From Octopus sinensis (Eukaryota): a DNA stretch of 64,000 nt. Shown one piece after another: positions 24,731-36,521 of this stretch. A program made the position numbers and the translations under genes. The notes below the pieces were generated by a model. It saw nothing but the letters and a program-made list of their open reading frames with translations. It was not told the origin of the DNA and did not search any database. Positions within the stretch are counted from its first letter, which is position 1; the number at the start of each line of letters is the position of its first letter. The DNA is taken from contig NC_043003.1 of the NCBI RefSeq assembly GCF_006345805.1, positions 63,240,001 through 63,304,000 of the forward strand. The letters run 5' to 3'.

Positions 24731-25234
24731 TGTTTTCTTCGCAAAATCTCATCACAACTGCATGATCTGAAAGCAAGAAGCTAGTTGATCAAAGAATGCC
24801 CAGACCTTCAATGACGTGCACACACATACATACACACACTCATTCATACACATGCATCACACACACATACCTACTACTCACACAAACACACACACACAGA
24901 TGCACAGACCTCGCGTTTACTCACTCACTATTGAGGTAGGAGACCATTAATGCTGTGTGTGTAGAGAGAGGGAGAGAGTAAGAGATAGAATTATGGAATT
25001 TCAGTCATTTAAAATATATATATATATATACACACACACAAATTTGTGTGTGTGTGTGTGGTGTGTGTGTGTGTGTGTGCTGCTATTTCTACATAGTATC
25101 AATATTGAAAAATATATAATGATGTTACATACAGCTTTATGCACTGCAACGGAAAACCGTTTTTGATGATATAAGCTGTCAATGTTGCTTTCATATGTTG
25201 TTACTACTTTTACATATATACATATATAAAAATT

Positions 25235-25273
<39 letters not shown>

Positions 25274-25315
25274 GTTGTGGATGTACAAGTCTCCATACTC
25301 TTTATTATCAATAAC

Positions 25316-25357
<42 letters not shown>

Positions 25358-25364
<7 letters not shown>

Positions 25365-25648
25365 CAAACATAAAGATGAGTTTATGCATATAAATGATGA
25401 AGAAAATGGTGATTATGTATATGGATATTGAAACATATTCACAACATGGACTCACATATTTCTATGTACACGTGTATATATGTATACATACACGTCTATA
25501 TATATATATATATTTATATCAAACATAAAGATGAGTTTATGCATATAAATGATGAAGAAAATGGTGATTATGTATATGGATATTGAAACATATTCACAAC
25601 ATGGACTCACATATTTCTATGTACACGTGTATATATGTATACATACAC

Positions 25649-25655
<7 letters not shown>
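25358..25655 (+). repeat. Identical tandem duplication (period 155 bp) bounded by (TA)n
   Basis: TTTATATCAAACATAAAGATGAG...CATACACGTCTATA occurs at 25358 and 25513 with no differences I can see. Confidence 0.95.
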
Positions 25656-25688
<33 letters not shown>

Positions 25689-25934
25689 TTATAATCAAGG
25701 GTACAAGTACCAGTGTTGCTAGAAATAAAAGTCAAAAGTAGTCAAATAAGTCACAATATCACTGTAAATTAATAATTTATAAATTTATAAATTTACCTTT
25801 TTTGATTTTTATACTCACTAGCCACTTATATCATCATTATTATTTTTATCTTTATTTATGTATATATACATTCACATACACACAAATAAACATATATACA
25901 CACACACATATATATATATATATGCACCCTTTAC

Positions 25935-26308
25935 TCTTTTACTTGTGCTTTAGTTATGCAAATTGACCCCAGGACTTATTCTTTGTAAGCCAAGTACTTA
26001 TTCTATTGGTTTCTTTTTGCCGAACTGCTAAGTTACGGGGACATAAACACACCAGCATCAGTTGTCAAGCCAAAGTAAATTTGTCTGGTGTGGTAGTTGT
26101 GGTTATCTCACTTTACAAACACAGTACTCAACACATACACATATATATACGATGGGCTTCTTTCAGTTTCCGTCTATCAAATCCACTCACAAGGCTTTGG
26201 TCAGCCCGAGGCTATAGTAGAAGACACTTGCCCAAGGTGCCACGCTGTGGGACTGAACCTGGAACCATGTGGTTGGTAAGCAAGCTTCTTACCACACAGC
26301 CACTCCTA
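25935..26308 (-). mobile_element. SINE family B, full length
   Basis: Same modules as 2215-2625. Confidence 0.85.
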
Positions 26309-26318
26309 TATATGTATG

Positions 26319-26354
<36 letters not shown>

Positions 26355-27092
26355 TATAAAATATAATTATATATACATACATATATGTATGTACACATAT
26401 ACATACATCGTCATCATCATCTCTTATGCATCTCCTTTTCCTTGCTTGTATAGGATGCGTTGGTTTTCTCTACCATAGCACCTATTTGCTTATTACAGCC
26501 CTCGCTTATCTCTTTCGTGAGTCACAGTTTCTTGAGCTCAACTTTCACTACTTCTTCCCCTGTGTTCCTCAGTTTTTACTATTCTGAAAGATCCTTCATA
26601 TTTTCTTACCCAACAGTCGCCATCTTCTTCTGCACACGTCACATGTTGGTCCCAGGGGAAGTTGTCTCTTTTTGCAAGCTACATTTGATTTTGCTTATAT
26701 TCATTCTGATTCTCTCTTCACTTTTCCTCTTTCATTAATCTTTTGTCTTTTATCTTTAAGCTTTACTTATTTCACTCATTGGGCTGTGCTCATAGTGGGT
26801 CACTCCCTCAAAGAGTTTCGGTCAAAGAACTTTCTCCCAGTATTATTTTTTAGTCTGGTATTTTATTCTCTTCATCTCCTTTTTCCAACTTAACTCAGAA
26901 GGCATTGGTTGGTGGGAGGCTTTAATAGAAGGCACTTGTCCAAAGTACCATGCTAAGGAACTGAACCTGAAACCACAAGGCTGCAGGATGTAATTCTTAA
27001 CCACACAGTCCACATATGTCTGACACTGAGCCCACTGCATATCTTATGCACCCAGTTTGCAGTTTCCTACCTATTACTTTTCTATCTATCAA

Positions 27093-27312
27093 CCCATTAG
27101 CATTTAAACTGGTCATATCCAGCCCCCAAATTCTTCCTGTTCTATGTTCAAACCAGACGGATCCAGCCTCTCACACCTATCCAACAATGTTGATCTAAAC
27201 ATAAATGGTTATATCACTGAAGTTTGAAAGCTACACGATAATGCATGATTAATTCCAAACAAGGTGAATAAATAGTCATTACATTTGACAGAATAATTTG
27301 AATGCTAAAGGG
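27093..27312. mobile_element. piggyBac-like MITE
   Basis: TCAA|CCCATTAGCATTTAAA ... TTTGAATGCTAAAGGG|ATAA: CCC/GGG termini with degenerate TTAA flanks. Confidence 0.65.
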
Positions 27313-27519
27313 ATAAAAATGGTGATTTTCCTGATGGCAGTAGAGTTATGGTCTCATTCCGGCCAAATAAAACTGTTGTCTTTGCTAGACTTCTAAAATC
27401 AAAGCTTTGCCAATGGTGTAGCAAGACTTCTCAGTTCTTAGATCTTTCATGAGCCCAAGCACTTATAAAACCTGAAACTTAACTCAGTTTTCAAGGTGTT
27501 TAACTGATTGAGATCACAG

Positions 27520-27700
27520 TACTCCCTCTGAATGGGATGCCAGTTCATCACAGAGTTAACTTCCCAGCTACTGTTGGAACTCATTTTCAGCTGAACGAAC
27601 TGGAGCAACAGGAAATAGTGTTTTGCTGAAGAGCACAATATGCCATCCACCCTAGGTATTGAAATTTCTTTTGAAATCATCATGATCACCCTATCCAAAA
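27520..27700 (-). mobile_element. SINE family D, degenerate
   Basis: CTCATTTTCAGCTGAACGAACTGGAGCAAC...TGCTGAAGAGCACAA is the reverse complement of the 6560-7000 units. Confidence 0.65.
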
Positions 27701-28529
27701 AAGCCACGTGCCTTCATGAGGATTCTCAGAACCTAGGGCTAAAAAGAACTTTGGTGTCCTCCATCTTAATTAACAGGCATTAAAATGAAGAGGAAATTTT
27801 GCCACCCTTCATGTCTGCCTCTTGTAAACCTCTTGCAACACCTTGAGGCTGTGTGTTTGTACAGTCCGGAATTCTTCAGGTTCTGTCTTGCACTGATAAG
27901 CCTCTTTTATGTAAGACAGAACAATGCTTTGATTGAAGTAACATCTCAGACACATCAGCAAAACAACTGGACCCTGTGCAAAGTACGATAAATGCTATGA
28001 CAGAATATATCTATGTATAAATATGTGTGTGTGTGTGCAAATGCGTGTGTATGTGTATGCATATATATATATATATGTATATATATCACATATCACATGT
28101 ACATAAAATATAAAATTGATTATCATGTCTACTCAGTTTTATTGGTGATTTGGTATACTTAAATCTTAAATGTACTTTTATTTTTTTCTTTAAGATAATA
28201 TATTTTACATATAATGTTTTCCATCATCATCATCATTATTTTATTTTATTTTATTTTATTTCATCTTTTGTTTCTTATCTTGGTTAAGTATATTTTCACA
28301 GTGATGTATTTTTGATTTACAGAATTGAAACCATCAAATGTCAGTCTGGAAAGTTATTGACAGCAAACTCTTAGCATCAGCTAGTGACATCGACTGAAAT
28401 TATATTTCCATATACCAGAAGCCTTAACATATTGAACCAAACAGACAGCTTGTCAAACCAACAAGATTGCCACATCAGCTAGAAATAGCAGTCAAATATT
28501 TTCAAATCAAACCCTACCTATTAAAAAAA

Positions 28530-28900
28530 GGACAAGCGCATGCAAAGTGGGTGGGAAAAGTGCTTCAAGGATACACTCAAAGCCTCATTGTAGAACTTAG
28601 AGATCAATTTCAATGCTTGTGATATGCAAGTGCAAGACTGCCCTGCCTGGTGAAGTGGCACCAACAGAGGTGCCAACTCCTACAAACTGAACAGGATTTC
28701 AAGGGCCAAAGGAAACATGGACTGTGCCACTCCAGAGCCAACCTAATTGCTTTCAGTCCCAGCTGACCACCAGTACCCAAGCTGTGGCAGAGCCTTTTGA
28801 GCACACACCAGGCTGATTGGCCACAGTTGGACACACTATGACACATCTTCTCTCATGAGATGTCCTTGATCATTGTCCACAACTAAAAACTAATCATCAT
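28530..28900 (+). mobile_element. RTE/BovB-like LINE 3' end
   Basis: KRMQSGWEKCFKDTLKASL..QDCPAW*SGTNRGANSY..YPSCGRAF*AHTRLIGHSWTH (terminal C2H2-like motif) then (ATC)n. Confidence 0.85.
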
Positions 28901-29157
28901 CATCATCAAATCCTGTACTCACGGGGCTGGTTACCTGGTTTCCATTACACATAAATGGTTGGGAACACAATGTTCTCCTTGAACACGACACCAGTCTGTC
29001 TGTGGGATGGGTGGTTTTCCCCAAAGTAAAAATGATGCTATGGCAAGATATAAGCACCTTTCATCAAAGAACTGCTCCCTTAAGGACGACACGATGCTAA
29101 ACAATAACAAATGTTTTTACAACTAATAACCAGAGAAGCAGCATTGGTACAGAAAGG

Positions 29158-29228
29158 TCTTGTGTCAGATGATGGAAGGTTAGGGTGTATTTCTCGCAAA
29201 CACTAACCTTTCATCATCTGCCACAAGA
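29158..29228. other. 71-nt near-perfect hairpin
   Basis: TCTTGTGTCAGATGATGGAAGGTTAG pairs with CTAACCTTTCATCATCTGCCACAAGA: 26 bp with one mismatch and one G-U. Confidence 0.85.
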
Positions 29229-29289
29229 TCATCTCCTCCAACGTCCCCCACTCCTCTCAAAAGAACTTTGTTTTGCAAGTTACTTAGCA

Positions 29290-29913
29290 ATGCTGTCAGT
29301 GTTGGTGCCATGCAAAAAAGCATCCATTCCACTCTGTAAAGTGATTGTCATTTGGAGGAGCATCCAGCTGTAAAAACTATGCCAAAACTGACCTCACCTG
29401 TGCTCGTACCACGTAAAAAGCACTCAGTCCACTCTGCTGGATGGTTGGTGTTAGAAAGGGCATCCAACCATAAAAACCATGCCAGAACAGACGCAGAAGT
29501 TTAGTGCAACTCCTACCTGGCCAGCACCAGTCAAATCATCCAACCCATGCCATGATGTAAGGCTGGTGATCGTCACCCATGTTGCCTTACTGGCACTTGT
29601 GCCAGTGGAACATAAAAAACAACATTCGAGCAAGGTTGTTGCGAGTGCTGCTGGACTGGCTCCTGTGCAGGTGGCATATAAAAAACACCATTTGAGTATG
29701 GCCGTTGCCAGTACTGCCTAACTGGCCCTCGTGTCAGTGACACATAAAAGCACCAACTACACTCTCAGAGTGGTTGGCATTAGGAAGGGCATCCAGCTGT
29801 AGAAACTCTGCCAGATCAGATTGGAGCCTGGTGCAACCTCCTGGCTTGCCAGTTTCCAGTCAAATCGTTCAACCCATGCTAGCATGGAAAGCGGATGTTA
29901 AATGATGATGATG
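29290..29913 (+). mobile_element. SINE family C, composite with repeated tails
   Basis: Three AGCATCCA/GGGCATCCA tail modules ending CCCATGCTAGCATGGAAAGCGGATGTTAAATGATGATG. Confidence 0.8.
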
Positions 29914-29916
29914 ATA

Positions 29917-30317
29917 TAATCTTGATCTCCAACTTAAAATGGAGGTTGTGTTAGAACCCAGAATACTGCTTTATCTAGCATGAGAGGATCTCTCATAAGG
30001 ACTTGTGGTGTACAAAAGCCCTCATGATTATATCATTCACAGAGGAGAAGCATCTGCCATGGCTGCTGGAACTGCCCGTTATCGTGATTTCTTCCAGCTA
30101 TTGGTTCCTCAGTCAGATTTGGCTCTTACCGTGTTGCTGGATATCTGTCAATGAGGAACCCATAGCAGGGTGAAATCACATGATCTGATGACTGTCAATG
30201 ATATAATGACAAATGGTTTTATGCACCACATGTCCTTATGAGAGAACCTTTCAAAGTAAATAATGCAGTATTCTATGTTCTACCACAACTTCCATTTTAA
30301 GTTGAAGATCAAGATTA
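29917..30317. mobile_element. TA-flanked element with about 100-bp inverted terminal arms (MITE-like)
   Basis: TAATCTTGATCTCCAACTTAAAATGGAGGTTGTG / CACAACTTCCATTTTAAGTTGAAGATCAAGATTA. Confidence 0.75.
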
Positions 30318-30551
30318 CATTTTTGTTTATATGTAGACTGCTACAGTACTGGCTCCAAGTCATAAGTTTGAATCTTACTGTAGCCACTGTGCTATGTCCA
30401 CAAACAGATTAGTTTGCCATATGTGTTTGGAGACTCAGACAATAAAAACTTAAAACTGAAGTGCAAAACTTTTATCTAGAATTGCCCTAAAAATTTGACT
30501 AATCAACCATCCTTGAATACTGTACTGATACTTTATTTTATTGACCAAAAG

Positions 30552-31085
30552 CTGGGGTGGGGAAACCCCTGCCTGCGGGCACAATTGTGCCTGTGAGAAC
30601 ATTCTATTCCACCCACAGGCTGACATAATTGTATGTACAAAATATAATAAATTTTTCAATTATCAAATTTATACAATACTTGCATGCCTATTTGCAACAT
30701 AGGTCATATTTCTACTACAACTTAAAACAGTTAGACTCGAACTGAAACTCATCCGGTAATTGCTATTTGAATGGAAATTTTGTTTTCACTATAAAACACA
30801 TATTGCTAGGTTTGTACCACTCCCTTGAGACCCAACTACACTCTAGCTGAAGAATATAGTATACCTCATGAGTAATATAAATGTCATAAATTCAGTGGTG
30901 GCATTAATGAAGATGTTATGCGTTAATTTAATGTGTTAAACTTATCTTTATTAATGTTTATCAAATTATACGTAGATATATATACAAGATTTACGCAGAT
31001 ATAAGAGTTAGAACTTGTGGTAAGCTCGCAGACTTTTTTCATTGGAAATTTTTGCCCACTGTACTAAAAAGTTTCCCCATGCCTG
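30552..31085. mobile_element. hAT (Charlie-like) MITE, second copy
   Basis: CTGGGGTGGGGAAAC / GTTTCCCCATGCCTG; flanks ACCAAAAG / ACCTAAAA (6/8 match, plausible 8-bp TSD); body matches 10466-10997. Confidence 0.85.
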
Positions 31086-32003
31086 ACCTAAAAGATGACA
31101 ACAAAGTTGACCTTGACAGGATTTGGTTTTGGAATGTAAAAAGCCAGAACACATTTAAGAAAACATATTCTTCTTCTGTTTTCATGATTCCAACAGTTTG
31201 GAGAATTTTGTAAAATAACTGCCATTGTTGAGTTGGTGTTCAAATCACAAACTGATATAAAATGTTGATAGGTTTTAATTTTGATTACTTTAAAGCAGGA
31301 ATTTTGTATCAGGGATCTAGAGGCAGACTCAGGGGGGTTGGTATCAAAAAGGTTAAGGCAATGTGATAGTAACACACGCAAACACACAGACATATACATA
31401 CATGCATGCATATATAAATGCATATATACATACCTACATACATACACACATGCATACATATATAAATGTACACACCACACAAACACACACACAATAGGCT
31501 TTTTTTCAGTTTTTGTCTTCCAGATCCATCTGCAAGATATTGGTCAGCACCAGTGTTATTGTAGAAAGCATTTGCTCAACATTACACACAGGCAATAAGA
31601 TGGAACAGCAAACTATATACACACACACGATAAAACATATATAAGACAACATCAATATGTATATAATTCTCAAAAAACTTGACTTAGAGAGGAGAGGTGG
31701 TACATACGCTATCTATCTCTGTGTGTGTGTGTGTATACATATATATATATATACACATACATACATACACACACATATATATATATATATTGATATGTGT
31801 GAGTAGAAATGTTTGTACATATGTGTATATTCTGCTCATAGAATGTTTTCCCTGAACCATTTTGCCTTCTATCATTGATTGAATTTGTTTAGTGATTTAA
31901 GTGGAAAATATTTATAAATAAAAGTAACTTTTCCTCAAATGAAATGATTTGCAATGACTTCTAGTTTAAAACTATACTATTACGAAATAGAATTTCCATT
32001 TAG

Positions 32004-32140
32004 GGAATAGCCATATTTCACCATGTTGTCTACCTTCTCTTGAAGAAATGCTTCAATGCATGGAAGAATATTAAGTTCCTAACTGATATTGGTCAACTTG
32101 CTCCTGTATATCATCTCGTAATTCTTGGATGTTACAGCAG
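32004..32140 (+). CDS. Candidate orphan internal exon (137 nt), product unknown
   Basis: AATTTCCATTTAG acceptor, CAG|GTATGA donor, open frame GIAIFHHVVYLLLKKCFNAWKNIKFLTDIGQLAPVYHLVILGCYS; no family recognised. Confidence 0.3.
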
Positions 32141-32905
32141 GTATGAAATAAAATGGAGATTGTAAAATATGCTATCAAATACCAACATTAAATAATGGAA
32201 TATATAAAGCATGTATTTGCCTCCCATGGTTTTATGTTCCAACAATATTTACTGTGACGGAAAATTGTTCCAGCTAAGACAGAAGAAAATGTTCATAACG
32301 GCAAAATTTGATGCAAGCCTTGCAAGACTTTCCGTACGTGTGTATTATATGTGTGCAGGGAGTGGTAAGAGGATATGTTTGTGTGTGAGTACTTGTATGC
32401 ATGAGTGGATCTGTGTACATGTGTGGGTGTTTGTGTGTATGTGGGGAGCGTGTTTGTGTGTGTGATGCTGCATGCACATTATTACAGGTGTACCAAATAG
32501 ACGTGAACACAAATCAATTTACCTTGACAAGTTTTATATGAAGATGATGACATGGTTCATATTGCAGAATCATTCCTGGAGCTACAGAAAACATTACAAA
32601 CTCAGAAGAGAGGACAGCTAAGACGAAAGAAATAATATTGATTCCTGACATTGGAAAAATGGCTTGGAAATTTAAATGAAGGATAGTAATAACAAAATCA
32701 ACCCCAGTACATCACTGGGATGAAAGGCAATGCTGACCTCTGAAGGATTTGAACTCAGAGCAGAGAGAGATATAACTAGATGCTACATGTTTTTTTTTTG
32801 TTTTTTTTTTTTTTGTAATTCAACTAATCCACCTACCATATTGATTTCTAACATTGAAATAAAGACACAATTTTGGGAGAGGGGGAAAAAAATGGTAGTC
32901 ATTAA

Positions 32906-33117
32906 CTCTTTTGTTACCATATTTCTGTTGAAAAATACTGCATCTGATGCCATTAATTTTGGAAATAATAAAGAATTTCGTAAAATAACTGTCATTATTA
33001 AACCGGTTTTTGGAACATAAATTAACATGAAACTTTGATGGAACATTTTAATTCAGATCATTTTAAAACAGAATGCTTGTATCAGAGAACCAAGGATGGT
33101 CCCAGGTATCGAAAGGG
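32906..33117. mobile_element. piggyBac-like MITE
   Basis: TTAA|CTCTTTTGTTACC ... GGTATCGAAAGGG|TTAA with both TTAA intact; a related right end lies at about 31340-31356. Confidence 0.75.
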
Positions 33118-33197
33118 TTAAAGCAACCAGATATTTGACTGGTTCTTTACTTTATTTGATTTTATTATTATTATTATTATCATTATTATTATTATTT

Positions 33198-33625
33198 GGT
33201 GAGCTGGCTGAATCATTAGTATGCTGGGCGAAATGCTTTGTGGTATTTTGTCTGTCACCACATTCTCAGTTCAAATTCCGCCAAGGTTGACTTTACCTTT
33301 CATCCTTTCAGGGCTGATAAATTAAGTACCAGTGATTAACTGGGGTTGATGCAATCGACTAGTCCCTTCCCAACAAAATTGAGGCATTGAGCCTCCAGTA
33401 GAAAGGATTATTATAATAATTATTATTTGGCAAGCTGGCACAATCGTTAGCATGCTGGATGAAATGCTTAGCGATATTTCATCCATTGCTACGTTCTGAG
33501 TTCAAATTCCGCCAAGGTTGACTTTGCCTTTCATCCTTTCAAGAGTTGTTTAAATAAGTACACACTGGAGTTGATAGAATTGACTTAATCCCTTTCCCCA
33601 AATTTGAGGCCTTGTGCTTCCAGTA
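33198..33625 (+). mobile_element. Two tandem SINE family A copies within an (ATT)n tract
   Basis: Heads at 33198 and 33429, each with CAAATTCCGCCAAGGTTGACTT and the Meta-like domain. Confidence 0.85.
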
Positions 33626-34789
33626 GAAAAAATTATTTTTATTTATATTATTATTATTACTATTATTATTTATATTATTCTTACTATTATTATTGTTGTT
33701 GTTGTTATTTTATTTTATTTTACTGTGGTTATATGAAAGGCTAAGTTCAACTGTGGTAAGATTTATATCCAAAATATGAATAAACTGAAAATGTTACTAA
33801 ATGCTGTAAACACATTTGTCAGCCCAAGGTTATACAAAGTAATGAGCAATAGGACTGAACCTGAAACCCTGTGGCTAGCAAAGCAATCTCCATAACTACA
33901 CAACCAGGCCTGCACGTATAAAGAAATTCTTTTGGTCCTTGGCACATCATTTGTCATGGGGATATGAACAAATCATCCCCAGTTGTCAAGTGAGGGTGGG
34001 CTGGAGTGGAACACAAGCACAAAGGCAAACACATGCATTCACAAACACATGTACATGAGGGGCTTCTTTCAGTTTCTATCAACCAAATTGACTTTGGTCA
34101 GCCTGAGGCTATCATAAAAAAAAACATTTGCCCAGAGTACCACACAGCGAGACTGAACCCAAGACCGCTTAGTTTGGAATCAAGCTTCACAACCACATTT
34201 CCGTCTTTTGCAAATGTAAATTCTAAGTTACACTGAGTGAGATCTGGTTGCCATTTCTTGCAATTATGCATAATCAACATTGAAATATTAATTGAATTAT
34301 ATTCATTGATAATGTTTTAAGTGAATTTTGCTAAAAGCTAAATTCTGATATAATCTTGGTAAGTTTTGAAATGAAAATTGGTTATGTTATATTTTCATGA
34401 ATTGTTGCACAGGAAGGAATAGCTGCAGTCTTTTACTGATGCTGGGCATAATGAATTTAGACGCATCTCAACTTTCACATTTTCCAAACCAACTGAAGCA
34501 TTAGTTCTTTAATTTCAATCTGTGTTAATGCTTGTTTAGATTCGATGAGTACCTTTTCATAGAAAATATCCACAAGAACAAAGGTGTGTTTTGTACAGTG
34601 AATGGATAAAGTCAATTGATTAAATACTGTTATATTTAACGACTTAATTTACTAAATCTGAAGGGGATGAAAAGCAGTTAATTCCATGGCAGGATTTACC
34701 CAACACAAGTATTTGATAGTATTATGTATTCAACAAGAAATCTCTACTTTCCACCTGCATCAATTTCCTTGTTAATACTATTCAAAACA

Positions 34790-34990
34790 ACGGCAACCAC
34801 GATGACGACCACGATGACAATGATGTTGATGAGGACAATGATGATGATGGCAATAACAAGAACAACAACAATAATAATAATAACACTGATAACGATAATA
34901 ACAACAGGAACAAAATAATAACAACAACAATAATGATAATGTTAAAATAATAAATACATGAATATGTAAAATAAAATAAATAAATAAAAT
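34790..34990. repeat. (GAC/GAT/AAC/AAT)n and (AAAAT)n microsatellites
   Basis: Direct inspection. Confidence 0.9.
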
Positions 34991-35796
34991 AAAAACATGG
35001 AGGTAAAAAAAATATCTATTTTTCTAAGGAAAATATAGCATTTTCAATACACTTCAGTGAGCAAGAGTTCTGGCATAGCAAGAACCAATCAACAACTTGG
35101 CATTGGAGACAAGCATTTTCAATATGCCAGGGTGACCAGAATTATGGCACTGCAACAGAATAAGCAATTGAATTCTTGGAGAGCAAAATGTTCAATATGC
35201 AAGATTAAACCAAGCTGACTAATACAAGATGGTAAAGTCTTTTACTGCTAACACTGATAGAACAACTGACATGGTTTCCTTTATATAACTAGTTTTTTTC
35301 TTTTTTCCATTAAACTTCCTTTCTATTTCTAAAAAATTCTTGCCATAAGTATAGCTTGGTGATTAAGCAATAAGTTTTACAACCATGTGATTTCAGTTTC
35401 AATCCTGCTGCATGCAATATTTTGGATGAGTGTCTTTTACTATAGTTCTGGGTCAACTAAAGCCTTGTGAGTAGGAAACTGTAGGGAAGCCCATTGCATA
35501 TGTATGTATGTATGTATGTATGTGTGTGTGTGTGTATGTATGCATGTATGAGGATATTATTGCTTATAATATCAGTGGCTCAGCAAGCGTAGAAAACCTA
35601 TAATGGTAAAAAGTTATAAATAATTAAGGGTACTAACAAGCAGTACTGATATGCTAAATATAGCAGTCAAAATGACCAAACCATAAATTTTCACTTCAAG
35701 CAAATTCAAGCAAATGAATACAAATTCTAAAACCATGTACCAATGATGAAAATAATCAAAAATTATTAATTATATATATATGTGTGTGTGTGTGAA

Positions 35797-36075
35797 GGTG
35801 CATGGGTTAGTGGTTAGGGTACTGCACTCACGACAGTGAGACCGTGGTTTCGATTCCCAAACCAGGCAATGCGTTGCGATTTTGAGCAAAGCAGTTTATT
35901 TCATGTTGCTCTATGATTATTTCATTATCTGACATTTGACACATGGTGCACCTGTACAGGTAAGCCAATTTGATGGAGGGAGTGAGCTTTTGTGAACACA
36001 AACATTTGACCACTATAAGCAGATTATCTGTGTAGTTGTTTGGCAAGAAATTGCCAAACCCTCATATGTCATCTA
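35797..36075 (+). mobile_element. SINE family D-type head and body
   Basis: GGGTTAGTGGTTAGGG A-box, GTTTCGATTCC B-box, TTTTGAGCAAAGCAGTT CORE-like segment. Confidence 0.75.
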
Positions 36076-36202
36076 ATGACAGGAGAGTCCATGATGATGA
36101 TGATGATGATATATATATATATATATAGATAGATAGAGAGAGAGAGAGAGAGAGGTGATATAACAAAGCACCAATGTTTACTGGAAATAGCAGTTTCATT
36201 TT

Positions 36203-36279
36203 TCAGGTCACTGCCTGGAATCGAATTCGGAATCTTGGGTTTAATAACTTGCACTCTTAACCACCAGGCAGTGACCTGA
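36203..36279 (-). mobile_element. Inverted tRNA-derived head with 16-bp perfect inverted duplication
   Basis: TCAGGTCACTGCCTGG (36203-36218) / CCAGGCAGTGACCTGA (36264-36279) enclose, on the minus strand, TGGTTAAGAG...GAATTCGATTCC (B-box-like). Confidence 0.75.
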
Positions 36280-36354
36280 GTAATAATAATAACAATAATA
36301 ATAATATTGAAAAAATACCTTAGGAATGAGAACCCAGGTTCAAAATTTCTCCAA

Positions 36355-36400
36355 GACACCTGATGAAGGCTGGAGGGTATATCAGCTGACACGGTGTGTT
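36355..36400 (+). ncRNA. Degenerate minimal hammerhead motif
   Basis: GACAC-CUGAUGA-A-GGCUG-(10 nt)-CAGCU-GACAC-GGU-GUGUU; two substitutions (A14C, U16.1G) away from GAAAC-GUU with a palindromic ACGU stem III. Confidence 0.5.
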
Positions 36401-36521
36401 AATAACAAACAAGATGAGGACAAATATCCGTCAAATGTAAATAATGTACATAATTCCTCATCTCTTAAATATAGAACTGAAATTTTTGTATGTCCCACCT
36501 TTTGTCTTCAATATATATATA

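Noticed and set aside
27820-27980. 54-codon open frame on the minus strand after TACTTTGCACAG
   Set aside because: No convincing donor before the stop and no recognisable protein.
35041-35215. Faint ~74-bp periodicity (TTCAATA) suggesting LRR or zinc-finger repeats
   Set aside because: No frame gives an LRR or C2H2 consensus; similarity between units is marginal.
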